Assembly (NCBI RefSeq): GCF_024223415.1
Contig: NZ_CP100501.1
Strand: one strand, 5' to 3'
Source: Escherichia coli
Lineage (GTDB): Bacteria; Pseudomonadota; Gammaproteobacteria; Enterobacterales; Enterobacteriaceae
DNA length: 64,000 nt
The notes under the pieces were generated by a model. The model did no database searches. It was not told where the DNA came from and was given only the letters and a program-made list of their open reading frames with translations. How positions within the stretch are numbered: position 1 is the stretch's first letter; the number at the start of each line of letters is the position of its first letter. Positions 53,410 to 62,274 of the stretch are shown in pieces. The position numbers and the translations under genes are program-made.

Positions 53410-53620
53410 CGGGATGCAGCAATCTTGCTGCATTCTTTTTTTGTGTGCAATCTTGCAGCAAGATTTATGCTAGATAAATGCTAGATTGCTGCAAGATAAA
53501 TGATATAATGCTCAAATTGAGTAGTTAACTGCCCCAGGTAAGTACGCAGCTTGAGTACTTACCTGTGGTTTATGAACGTATTTACTTAATGTGAGTAGTT
53601 ATTGGGTGAAGATTAATACT
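53410..53620. promoter_or_regulatory. Second repeat array (GCAATCTTGC units followed by TGAGTA-containing repeats) upstream of parM/stbA
   Basis: Direct and inverted repeats CTCAAATTGAGTA / CTTGAGTACTTAC / TGTGAGTAGTT / ACTCAAATTGAGTAT. Confidence 0.5.
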
Positions 53621-53645
53621 CAAATTGAGTATAAATGGAGATGGT

Positions 53646-54620
53646 ATGAGAATTTTTTGCGATGATGGTTCTACAAATGTGAAACTTGCCTGGTTTGAAG
53701 GCAAGACGCTGAAAAGTGCGGTATCAGTGAACTCTTTTCGCCATAACTGGAAAGTCGAGGGCTTAGGCAGCAGTCGTACCTATAACTATTTGCTTGATGG
53801 CCGTAAATATACCTACGACCCGGTCAGCGAAGATGCGATCAGCACGACTCATATTGAGTATCAGTACTCTGATACAAATGTGTTGGCAGTTCACCACGCA
53901 TTACTGAACAGTGGAATTGAACCCCAGGAGATCGATCTCACCGTTACGTTACCTATCAGCGAGTTTTACACGGCCGACTGCCAGAAAAATACGCTTAACA
54001 TTGAGAGAAAAATTCGCAACCTGATGCGGGAAGTCACCCTGAACAAAGGGGGAACTTTTACCATTAAAAGCGTTGAAGTGATGCCTGAATCACTCCCGGC
54101 TGTATTTACTCGCCTAGTTGCTGACAATGTTGGTCAGTACGAAAAATCATTGGTTATCGATCTCGGTGGTACAACTCTGGATGTCGGGGTTATTGTTGGC
54201 CAGTTTGAGGATGTTTCGGCTGTACATGGTAATCCTGATATTGGTGTATCAATGGTCACGAAAGCCACGCTCACTGCACTGAAAATGGCCAGCAGTGATA
54301 CCAGTCCAATGATTGCTGACGAGTTGATCAAAAACAGGAAGAACCTGGATTTTGTGGGGCAGGTTGTAAATGAGGTTTCTAAACTAAATCTGGTGCTGGA
54401 TACCATTGATACAGCGATAAATAAACTGGGCGAGCTAGTTGTTGATGATTTGCTGCAGTATCGAAACGTAAACCGCGTATATATTGTCGGAGGCGGGGCT
54501 GCACTCATTGCTGATGCTGTTCGTAAGGCATGGAACCACCTTGGCGAAAAGGTGGTTCTTATGGATGAACCTCAGACAGCGCTGGTCCAGGCTATTGCAC
54601 GCTTCAAAGCGGAGGAGTAA
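53646..54620 (+). CDS. stbA: Actin-like partition ATPase ParM/StbA (type II)
   Basis: N-terminal DDGSTNVK phosphate-1 motif, DLGGTTLD, YIVGGGA motifs of actin/ParM fold. Confidence 0.85.
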   Translation: MRIFCDDGSTNVKLAWFEGKTLKSAVSVNSFRHNWKVEGLGSSRTYNYLLDGRKYTYDPVSEDAISTTHIEYQYSDTNVLAVHHALLNSGIEPQEIDLTVTLPISEFYTADCQKNTLNIERKIRNLMREVTLNKGGTFTIKSVEVMPESLPAVFTRLVADNVGQYEKSLVIDLGGTTLDVGVIVGQFEDVSAVHGNPDIGVSMVTKATLTALKMASSDTSPMIADELIKNRKNLDFVGQVVNEVSKLNLVLDTIDTAINKLGELVVDDLLQYRNVNRVYIVGGGAALIADAVRKAWNHLGEKVVLMDEPQTALVQAIARFKAEE

Positions 54621-54623
54621 TCG

Positions 54624-55016
54624 ATGTACGACGGCGAAGAAAGGAAAAAACTTTCACTCTACCTTCACCCGGAGGACTCTGCCGATTGTCTTGCACTGGC
54701 TGAAATCGAAACTGTTCCCCGGAAAAAACGGGGGGAGTTATATCGGCAGGCTTTGATAACCGGCCTGATAATGCATCAGCTTGATGAGAGAATTCCCGCC
54801 GTGTTAACCGCGCTATTCACCAGAGAACTGAATGCGGATGAGGTCATTAGTCAGATTGCCAGGATAACAGGCTGGAAACCCTCCTCCGGTGATTTAAAAG
54901 AGGTACTGAAGGCGTTGGGAGGGCTTCAGAGTACAGTTTCACCAGAACTCTCTCAGGATGACGGTGAACAGGCCCGTCTGAAAGCGGCTAGGGTGAAGAT
55001 GCAAAAGCTAATCTAA
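54624..55016 (+). CDS. stbB: ParR/StbB partition adaptor
   Basis: 130 aa downstream of parM; operon context. Confidence 0.7.
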   Translation: MYDGEERKKLSLYLHPEDSADCLALAEIETVPRKKRGELYRQALITGLIMHQLDERIPAVLTALFTRELNADEVISQIARITGWKPSSGDLKEVLKALGGLQSTVSPELSQDDGEQARLKAARVKMQKLI

Positions 55017-55672
55017 AAAAGTCTCGCTCCGTGAAACCTGCAAAATTTCTCGGGGTGTGCGGCTTAATTTTTAGATTTCCGCGTTTCCCGTCATTTGAGT
55101 CAATGGAGTGCTGGTTGACAGCTCCCTGCTCTGAAGGACGGGGATTCCCACATATGCAGCCAGATTTCCGGCTAGTGTGGTTTCAGACGTTGTTCGATTT
55201 CATTCTGTAGCGCCTGAAGTGTGCCTGATTTGAGGTTTTTTGTGCTCTGGCGGTCGAAAAGAATTTCAATGCGGATCATGTTCTCATCTCCCTTTTATTT
55301 TACTGTGTATATATACAGTATTCTAATAACTGAATCCACACACAGTCAAATGTCATTGTTGTGACTAAAAAACGCTCAATTCTCTGAGAGTGTGGCTGTA
55401 TGCCTGCTGTGGACTGCTGTGTCCAGCTTATCCACAGCATTTTGTGCACGGTTCTGTGGACAAAATACCTGGTTACCCAGGCCGTGCCGGCACGTTAACC
55501 GGGCTGCATCCGATGCAAGTGTGTCGCTGTCGCCGGCCTTCTCACCCGGTCACGTTTCGTCGTTCCTCCTCCACGAGCTGCGGCTTCGGGGCCGCACCTG
55601 CATTCGTATGCGGTCGCCCGGTTACAGGTGCGGCACGGCCTGATGGAGGCCGCATGTGAGAGGAGAATTCCC

Positions 55673-56599
55673 ATGCCAAACTGGTGCTCAAATCGTATGT
55701 ATTTTTCTGGTGAACCGGCACAGATTGCTGAGATTAAACGACTGGCCAGCGGTGCAGTCACACCGTTTTATCGCCGCGCCACAAATGAAGGTATTCAGCT
55801 GTTTCTGGCCGGAAGTGCCGGACTTCTGCAGACCACTGAAGATGTGCGGTTTGAACCATGTCCCGGACTGACGGCTGCCGGACGTGGCGTTGTATCGCCG
55901 GAGAATATCGCGTTCACCCGCTGGCTGACATACCTGCAGGACGGTGTACTGCTGGATGAGCAAAACTGCCTGATGCTGCATGAACTCTGGCTGCAGAGCG
56001 GTACTGGACAGCGTCGCTGGGAAGGATTACCGGACGATGTCAGGGATACCATCACCGCACTTTTCACCGCAAAAAGAGGTGACTGGTGTGGCTTCTGGAG
56101 TAACGAAGATGTATCGGTGTGGTGGAACCGTCTGTGTGACAACGTACTGCCGGAAAAAACCATGCCGTTTGACCTGCTGACGGTTCTGCCCACCCGCCTG
56201 GATGTTGAAGTGAATGGCTTTAACGGTGGTGTTCTGAACGGTGTTCCTTCTGCATATCACTGGTATACGGAACGGTATGGCGTGAAGTGGCCTGTGGGGT
56301 ATGAGGTGAATATCAGTAATCAGGGAGACAACTTCATTAAGGTGGATTTCGACACGCCGTGGTGTCAGCCGGAAAGCGACGTTATTGCAGAATTAAGCCG
56401 CCGTTTCAGCTGCACGCTGGAGCACTGGTATGCCGAACAGGGCTGTGATTTCTGTGGCTGGCAGTTGTATGAGCGCGGAGAGCTCGTTGATGTGCTGTGG
56501 GGGGAACTGGAATGGTCTTCCCCGACAGATGACGATGAGCTGCCGGAAGTCACCGGACCTGCGTGGATAGTCGACAATGTGGCGCATTATGGCGGATGA
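55673..56599 (+). CDS. Leading-region hypothetical protein (308 aa)
   Basis: GAGGAG RBS; Cys/Trp-rich; no confident family assignment. Confidence 0.55.
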   Translation: MPNWCSNRMYFSGEPAQIAEIKRLASGAVTPFYRRATNEGIQLFLAGSAGLLQTTEDVRFEPCPGLTAAGRGVVSPENIAFTRWLTYLQDGVLLDEQNCLMLHELWLQSGTGQRRWEGLPDDVRDTITALFTAKRGDWCGFWSNEDVSVWWNRLCDNVLPEKTMPFDLLTVLPTRLDVEVNGFNGGVLNGVPSAYHWYTERYGVKWPVGYEVNISNQGDNFIKVDFDTPWCQPESDVIAELSRRFSCTLEHWYAEQGCDFCGWQLYERGELVDVLWGELEWSSPTDDDELPEVTGPAWIVDNVAHYGG

Positions 56600-56981
56600 A
56601 GTATGACGGAGACGGGCGGGCAACTGCCCGTTTCTTTTCCGGTAAAGGATGTCGCCATGCTCCTCTTTTTACTGCGCCGGCTGACGCGGCGCGGCATAAA
56701 CGCTGCCTGTGGTCAGTGTCCCGCGTCCGGTGGGCACGGGACGGGCGCTTTTACCGCTCCCGGCTGGCGTCGGTGACAGTGTACGCCAGCCTGTCGCCCT
56801 TTTCTGATGAACGCCCTTCAAGCCGCTTTCGCGGCATAACCTTGCCGTCAAACAGACGACGGCTGCGGTATTCCACGGTCGGCCTGACCCGTTACCGGAC
56901 GCGGTGAACAGCCCACAGGCAGCGGGGAACGGGCACCACAGGGGTGCCCTCCCGGTGCCCCCTGTAAGAGAAGGAGCTGTT

Positions 56982-57665
56982 ATGTCCCGTTTTATCCTGG
57001 GTGACTGCGTGCGTGTTATGGCCACGATTCCTGATAACGCCATTGATTTCATATTAACCGATCCGCCATATCTCGTCGGTTTCCGTGACCGTTCCGGGCG
57101 CACCATTGCCGGTGACGTTAATGATGACTGGCTGCAACCGGCCTGTAATGAGATGTACCGCGTACTCAAAAAAGACGCGCTGATGGTCAGCTTCTACGGC
57201 TGGCACCGTATTGACCGCTTTATGGCGGCCTGGAAACGCGCCGGATTCAGCGTGGTTGGCCACCTGGTCTTCACCAAAAACTACACATCCAAATCTGCGT
57301 ATGTCGCGTACCGCCACGAATGCGCTTACATCCTGGCAAAGGGCAGTCCGGCCCGGCCCCGTAACCCGCTGCCGGATGTGCTGGGCTGGAAATATTCGGG
57401 CAACCGCCATCACCCGACGGAAAAGCCCGTTACCAGCCTGCAACCGCTGATTGAGAGCTTCACACATCCGAACGCGATTGTGCTGGATCCGTTTGCAGGC
57501 AGCGGTTCAACCTGCGTGGCCGCCCTTCAGTCCGGACGCCGGTATATCGGTATCGAGCTGCTTGAACAGTATCACCGTGCCGGACAGCAACGACTGGCCG
57601 CCGTGCAACGGGCCATGCAGCAGGGGGCCGCGAATGATAACTGGTTTATGCCGGAGGCTGCGTAA
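56982..57665 (+). CDS. Orphan N6-adenine DNA methyltransferase
   Basis: DPPY catalytic motif (ILTDPPYLVGF) and FxGxG AdoMet motif (LDPFAGSGST); AAGGAG RBS; no adjacent restriction enzyme gene. Confidence 0.85.
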   Translation: MSRFILGDCVRVMATIPDNAIDFILTDPPYLVGFRDRSGRTIAGDVNDDWLQPACNEMYRVLKKDALMVSFYGWHRIDRFMAAWKRAGFSVVGHLVFTKNYTSKSAYVAYRHECAYILAKGSPARPRNPLPDVLGWKYSGNRHHPTEKPVTSLQPLIESFTHPNAIVLDPFAGSGSTCVAALQSGRRYIGIELLEQYHRAGQQRLAAVQRAMQQGAANDNWFMPEAA

Positions 57666-57887
57666 ATGAACTATGCCGGACACGAAAAACTTCGCGCCGA
57701 CGTGGCGGAGGTGGCCAATGCCATGTGCGACCTGCGTACAACCATGAATGAGATGGAGCGGCGGTACAGCTTTAATGCTGACACCCTGCCGGAACGTCTG
57801 GTGCGTCAGACGTTGTTTCGCGCAAACCGCCTCCTGATGGAGGCATATACCGAAATTCTGGAACTGGATTCCTGCTTCAAAGATTGA
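57666..57887 (+). CDS. Hypothetical small protein (73 aa)
   Basis: ORF starting directly after the methyltransferase stop. Confidence 0.45.
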   Translation: MNYAGHEKLRADVAEVANAMCDLRTTMNEMERRYSFNADTLPERLVRQTLFRANRLLMEAYTEILELDSCFKD

Positions 57888-57900
57888 GAAGGAGACGAGA

Positions 57901-58335
57901 ATGTACGGAACATGCGAAACGCTATGCCGGGCGCTGGCAGCAAAGTATCCGGGAGATACGCCGCTGATGCTGGTTATCTGGTCCCCGGAAGAAATTCAGG
58001 CCCTCGCTGACGGAATGGATATTTCCCTGTCCGATCATGAAATCAGGACTGTCCTGGCGCGGCTGGCGGACATCCCGGAAGACCAGCGGACTGAGTCCGG
58101 TATTTCTTCCGGCGTGGCGATGGAGATTATCAGCAACGTGAGCGAAAACCGCCAGGTGACCGTCCCGGCTGAACTGCTGGCGTCCCTGATTCAGACCGCC
58201 GAACAGGCACTGTGGAAACGTGAATGGGCCGCCCGTGATTACGGCCTCGCCGTCCCGGAATGCGTCACCCGCCGTCAGGCGGTGGTTAATCAGGCCCGCA
58301 TCCTGCTGAAAAACAACCCACACGAAAACGACTGA
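57901..58335 (+). CDS. Leading-region protein, paralog of 60037-60456 (DUF1380-like)
   Basis: Shared motifs with 60037-60456 (..LSD.E..TV..RL.D.. and ..VTVPA.LL..). Confidence 0.6.
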   Translation: MYGTCETLCRALAAKYPGDTPLMLVIWSPEEIQALADGMDISLSDHEIRTVLARLADIPEDQRTESGISSGVAMEIISNVSENRQVTVPAELLASLIQTAEQALWKREWAARDYGLAVPECVTRRQAVVNQARILLKNNPHEND

Positions 58336-58379
58336 TGTTATCGCCGCCTTCGGGCGGCGATTCAGGGAGACCATGAATC

Positions 58380-59150
58380 ATGAACAAAACGCTGAATGCA
58401 CTGGTTTGTCACCACGCCCGTAACCTGCTGCTGGCGCAGGGCTGGCCGGAAGAGACGGATGTTGACCAGCGTAACCCGAAGTATCCGGGCTGGATCAGCA
58501 TTTATGTTCTGCTGGATGCGCCCCGGCTGGCGACGTTACTTATCAACCGTCACGGCGGCGTACTGCCGCCGCTCCTGGCCTCCGCCATTCACAAACTGAC
58601 CGGAACCGGGGCGGAAGTTGTACTGTCCGGCAGTCAGTGGCAGTCGCTGCCGGTACTTCCGGCAGACGGAACGCAGGTGTCTTTCCCGTATGCCGGAGAA
58701 TGGCTGACCGAAGACGAAATCAGGGCAGTTCTTGATGCAGTGCGCGATGCGGTACGCAGTGTCAGTTGCCGGGTGACAGAAGATGCGCGGCGTATCAGGG
58801 CGGCGCTGACCACAACCGGTCAGACGTTGCTGACCCGCCAGACGCGGCGCTTTCGCCTGGTTGTGAAGGAAAGCGATCACCCCTGCTGGCTCGATGAAGA
58901 CGACGAAAACCTGCCCGTGGTGCTCGATGCCATCCTGAACCGGGGCGCTCGTTTTTCTTCGGTGGAAATGTATCTGGTCAGTGAGTGTGTGGAGCATATC
59001 CTGTCCAGTGGGCTGGCCTGCGATGTGCTGCGTATACCGGATGAACCGCCCCGCCGGTGGTTTGACCGTGGTGTTCTGCGGGAGGTGGTCCGGGAAGCCC
59101 GGGCCGAAATCCGCAGCATGGCGGATGCCCTGGCAAAAATCCGGAAATGA
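58380..59150 (+). CDS. Leading-region hypothetical protein (256 aa)
   Basis: ORF with RBS; preceded by hairpin TCGCCGCC-TTCG-GGCGGCGA. Confidence 0.5.
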   Translation: MNKTLNALVCHHARNLLLAQGWPEETDVDQRNPKYPGWISIYVLLDAPRLATLLINRHGGVLPPLLASAIHKLTGTGAEVVLSGSQWQSLPVLPADGTQVSFPYAGEWLTEDEIRAVLDAVRDAVRSVSCRVTEDARRIRAALTTTGQTLLTRQTRRFRLVVKESDHPCWLDEDDENLPVVLDAILNRGARFSSVEMYLVSECVEHILSSGLACDVLRIPDEPPRRWFDRGVLREVVREARAEIRSMADALAKIRK

Positions 59151-59564
59151 TGACGCTGGCGGGGAAAAATCTCCGCCTTTTCCAGCCGGTCCCCGGAAAG
59201 AGCAAAAGGATGTCGCCGCAGGCTCCGCTTTACTCGGCCATGCGGGGCATGGCCTTGTGGGTTTTCAGTTATGTGGCCTCAGCGTCGTGTGCGGGCTGTG
59301 CCGTGCCTCCATCGTAGCCGGGCTTCTGCGGGCGGGTTGCAAGGTAAGGTGAACCGCTGCGGTCACCCGGTCCCTCCTTCCCGTCTGCCGTGATTTTCCG
59401 GTCGTTCACCCGCTCAGATTTCGCGGTCTCACCCTCCAACTCCCGCCAGCCGTGTGCGTCAGGCTGCGGCTTCCCTTGCGCCCTTGCAACCCTGCAGGCC
59501 CGGCAAAGATGGAGGCACGGCACCGCCCGGTGTCGCGGAATATGTGAACAACGGAGGAAATCCC

Positions 59565-59990
59565 ATGCAGTATGCGAAACCTGTCACCCTGAACGTTGAA
59601 GAGTGCGACCGCCTTTCTTTTCTGCCTTACCTGTTTGGCAACGATTTTCTGTATGCCGAGGCGTATGTGTACGCGCTGGCGCAAAAAATGATGCCGGAAT
59701 ATCAGGGAGGCTTCTGGCATTTCATCCGCCTGCCGGACGGTGGCGGTTACATGATGCCGGATGGCGACCGTTTTCATCTGGTCAACGGTGAAAACTGGTT
59801 TGACCGCACTGTGAGTGCTGATGCCGCAGGCATCATTGTTACGTCTCTTGTGATTAACCGCCAGTTGTGGCTGTACCACGACAGCGGGGATGCGGGACTG
59901 ACACACCTGTACCGGATGCGTGATGCGCAGTTGTGGCGTCACATCGAATTTCACCCCGAATGCAACGCGATTTACGCGGCACTGGACTGA
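59565..59990 (+). CDS. klcA: Antirestriction protein KlcA/ArdB family
   Basis: Similarity to remembered KlcA (..GG.W.F...NGG.YM.PD.D..WHL.NG.N....S..AAGI..) ; GGAGGA RBS. Confidence 0.8.
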   Translation: MQYAKPVTLNVEECDRLSFLPYLFGNDFLYAEAYVYALAQKMMPEYQGGFWHFIRLPDGGGYMMPDGDRFHLVNGENWFDRTVSADAAGIIVTSLVINRQLWLYHDSGDAGLTHLYRMRDAQLWRHIEFHPECNAIYAALD

Positions 59991-60036
59991 TTAACGGACG
60001 GGGCGGCAATGCCGCCCCTGTAAAGGAGACGAGAAC

Positions 60037-60456
60037 ATGTACTGTACTGTTAAAGAAATTATCCGCGAAGTGCTGAATACAGACGTGCCGGACAGTGAAT
60101 GTGTTTTTGCCGTGGTGCTGACCCGCGGGGATGTGCGCCACATAGCCCGGGACTGGAACCTGTCAGACGATGAGCTGGAAACCGTCATGCAGCGGCTGGA
60201 CGATGCTTTTGTATATGGCGCATGTGACAGAGTTGTTTCCGATATTGTCAATGAACTGATGGAGGAAAAGCGCGTAAACCGTCTTGTAACAGTTCCTGCG
60301 GTGCTGCTGGAAAAAGTGATGGTGATGGCTGGTAGTGAAATTTATCGCCTCCATGCTGTAGGGAGCGAGAACGGGGGCGACGGTGACGCATTTGTCAGGG
60401 AAGAACGTGAGATTATGCGGGTAATGCGTCAGGCGCTGGACGGGGAGAACGGGTAA
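60037..60456 (+). CDS. Leading-region protein, paralog of 57901-58335 (DUF1380-like)
   Basis: See 57901-58335. Confidence 0.6.
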   Translation: MYCTVKEIIREVLNTDVPDSECVFAVVLTRGDVRHIARDWNLSDDELETVMQRLDDAFVYGACDRVVSDIVNELMEEKRVNRLVTVPAVLLEKVMVMAGSEIYRLHAVGSENGGDGDAFVREEREIMRVMRQALDGENG

Positions 60457-60647
60457 TGAATATCAGCACGGAAACCCGCGAAATTCTGCGTAATTACAGG
60501 GCCGTGATTAATGCGCGGCGTCGTGAAATGGGGCAGAAACCGCTCACCACCGCGCAGATTGTTGATGAAATCTGTGATTTTGTGGCGAATCAGCAGGCGG
60601 TTTTCCTCGGTGGTCACTATATCCTTCAGGGCAGCAGGCACAGGTGA
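60456..60647 (+). CDS. Hypothetical small protein (63 aa)
   Basis: ORF overlapping the previous stop (ATGA). Confidence 0.4.
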   Translation: MNISTETREILRNYRAVINARRREMGQKPLTTAQIVDEICDFVANQQAVFLGGHYILQGSRHR

Positions 60648-60649
60648 TA

Positions 60650-61390
60650 CAGGGGCAGGCGGTGGAGGCCGCCTGTCAGCCCGCGCGAAAACCCCTGGCA
60701 GGCTGGCGCCTGCCGGAAGGGATGCGGGCCACGCTGGCGCGTCGCCCGTTACCCTTCCTGTTGGTGACAGGCGTTGTTTCAGGAAGTACCTGTTACAGAC
60801 CTGTCGTTAAAGAACCTTCTTACACATGCGCCCCTTCGGCTCCCGGCTGCCTGGCGGCATCCGGTCGTCAGGCCCGACTCCGACAGGCAGCTGCTGGCGC
60901 ACCCGCCAGTCTCCGCCGAACCCGCTGGCGCGGTTTCGGGCTGTCGCTACGGTCCGATGCGTGAAAACCCGGGCTTGCAGCGACCGTTCCGGTCGCGCCG
61001 CCTCTGTCGCGCCGTGACCTGCGCTCCCTGCACACCTGACGGTGTGTGAGGAAACTGCGCCTGATGGCGCAGCAGTCCTCCCTCCTGCCGCCACCTCTGC
61101 GGCCTGTTTCCCGCTGTGGACTTTCCGGGGGGCAGACGTAACCCCCTCCCGTTCCATCTGTCCAGGGTGAGATGCACCGGCCACAAAATTTTTAGCCATG
61201 AACCCGGCAAAAAATTTTGCGTCCGCCCCCGGACAGCTGCCCCGTGAGGCGGTAAACGGGCCCCCATCGGAAAGGTCCACTGCGGGGAGAAACCCCTGTG
61301 AAGTGGACGGCAGGAGGAGCTTTCGCTCCTCTGAAGGGGCACATGAACGTCCCGTCGCCGGTATCCGGTTTATCTCACATCTTTCAGTCA
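60650..61390 (+). promoter_or_regulatory. GC-rich structured non-coding region upstream of ssb (candidate ssi/Frpo-type single-strand promoter)
   Basis: About 740 bp without a credible ORF, many inverted repeats, directly 5' of plasmid ssb as in IncF leading regions. Confidence 0.45.
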
Positions 61391-61400
61391 GGAGGTTCTT

Positions 61401-61922
61401 ATGAGTGCACGTGGTATCAACAAGGTCATCCTCGTCGGGCGTCTGGGCAATGATCCGGAAGTCTGTTACATCCCCAACGGGGGCGCAGTGGCAAACCTGC
61501 AGGTCGCCACGTCAGAAAGCTGGCGCGACAAACAGACGGGGGAGATGCGGGAGCAGACGGAATGGCACCGCGTGGTGCTGTTCGGCAAGCTCGCGGAAGT
61601 GGCTGGTGAATATCTGCGCAAGGGCGCGCAGGTCTACATCGAGGGGCAACTCCGTACCCGTAGCTGGGAGGATAACGGTATCACCCGTTACGTCACTGAA
61701 ATTCTTGTTAAGACCACGGGCACCATGCAGATGCTGGGGAGTGCACCACAGCAGAACGCTCAGGCGCAACCGAAGCCTCAGCAGAATGGGCAGCCACAGA
61801 GTGCTGACGCGACGAAAAAAGGTGGCGCGAAAACGAAAGGCCGTGGACGTAAGGCCGCGCAGCCGGAGCCTCAGCAGCCGTCTGAACCCGCGTATGACTT
61901 CGATGACGACATTCCGTTCTAA
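61401..61922 (+). CDS. ssb: Plasmid single-stranded DNA-binding protein
   Basis: OB-fold N-terminus ([14 protein letters not shown]..), Gln/Pro-rich linker, acidic tail [17 protein letters not shown]. Confidence 0.95.
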   Translation: MSARGINKVILVGRLGNDPEVCYIPNGGAVANLQVATSESWRDKQTGEMREQTEWHRVVLFGKLAEVAGEYLRKGAQVYIEGQLRTRSWEDNGITRYVTEILVKTTGTMQMLGSAPQQNAQAQPKPQQNGQPQSADATKKGGAKTKGRGRKAAQPEPQQPSEPAYDFDDDIPF

Positions 61923-61977
61923 CGAAAGACAGTGACAACCGCCCCGTCCAGTGCGGGGCATCACCGGAGAGATGAGG

Positions 61978-62211
61978 ATGAGCGAATATTTCAGAATACT
62001 TCAGGGACTGCCTGACGGTCCTTTTACCCGCAAACATGCCGAAGCCGTTGCCGCACAGTACCGGAATGTCTTTATCGAGGATGATCAGGGAACGCATTTT
62101 CGCCTGGTTGTCCGCAATAACAGTGGCCTGGTCTGGCGTACCTGGAATTTTGAGGACGGTGCCGGGTACTGGATGAACCATGCCATCCGTGATTTCGGCA
62201 TTCTTAAGTAA
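61978..62211 (+). CDS. Hypothetical small protein downstream of ssb
   Basis: 77 aa starting MSEYFRILQ; conserved position between ssb and ParB-like gene. Confidence 0.5.
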   Translation: MSEYFRILQGLPDGPFTRKHAEAVAAQYRNVFIEDDQGTHFRLVVRNNSGLVWRTWNFEDGAGYWMNHAIRDFGILK

Positions 62212-62274
62212 GAGAGGTGCCGGACGGGAACGCGTCCGGCAGACATACAACCATCCCGGTCAAAGGAGAAATAT

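Noticed and set aside
55020-55400. Possible small genes or a hok/sok-type module between parR and the first leading-region ORF
   Set aside because: No ORF with an RBS and Hok-like hydrophobic peptide was seen; the region has a DnaA-box-like TTATCCACA and hairpins, so it is treated as regulatory.
59406-59954. 182-aa minus-strand ORF across klcA
   Set aside because: Antisense to a well-supported KlcA/ArdB gene; no RBS or motif.
61405-61935. Alternative-frame ORF (176 aa) overlapping ssb
   Set aside because: The ssb frame has an unmistakable SSB sequence and RBS; the overlapping frame is Arg/Ser-rich junk.
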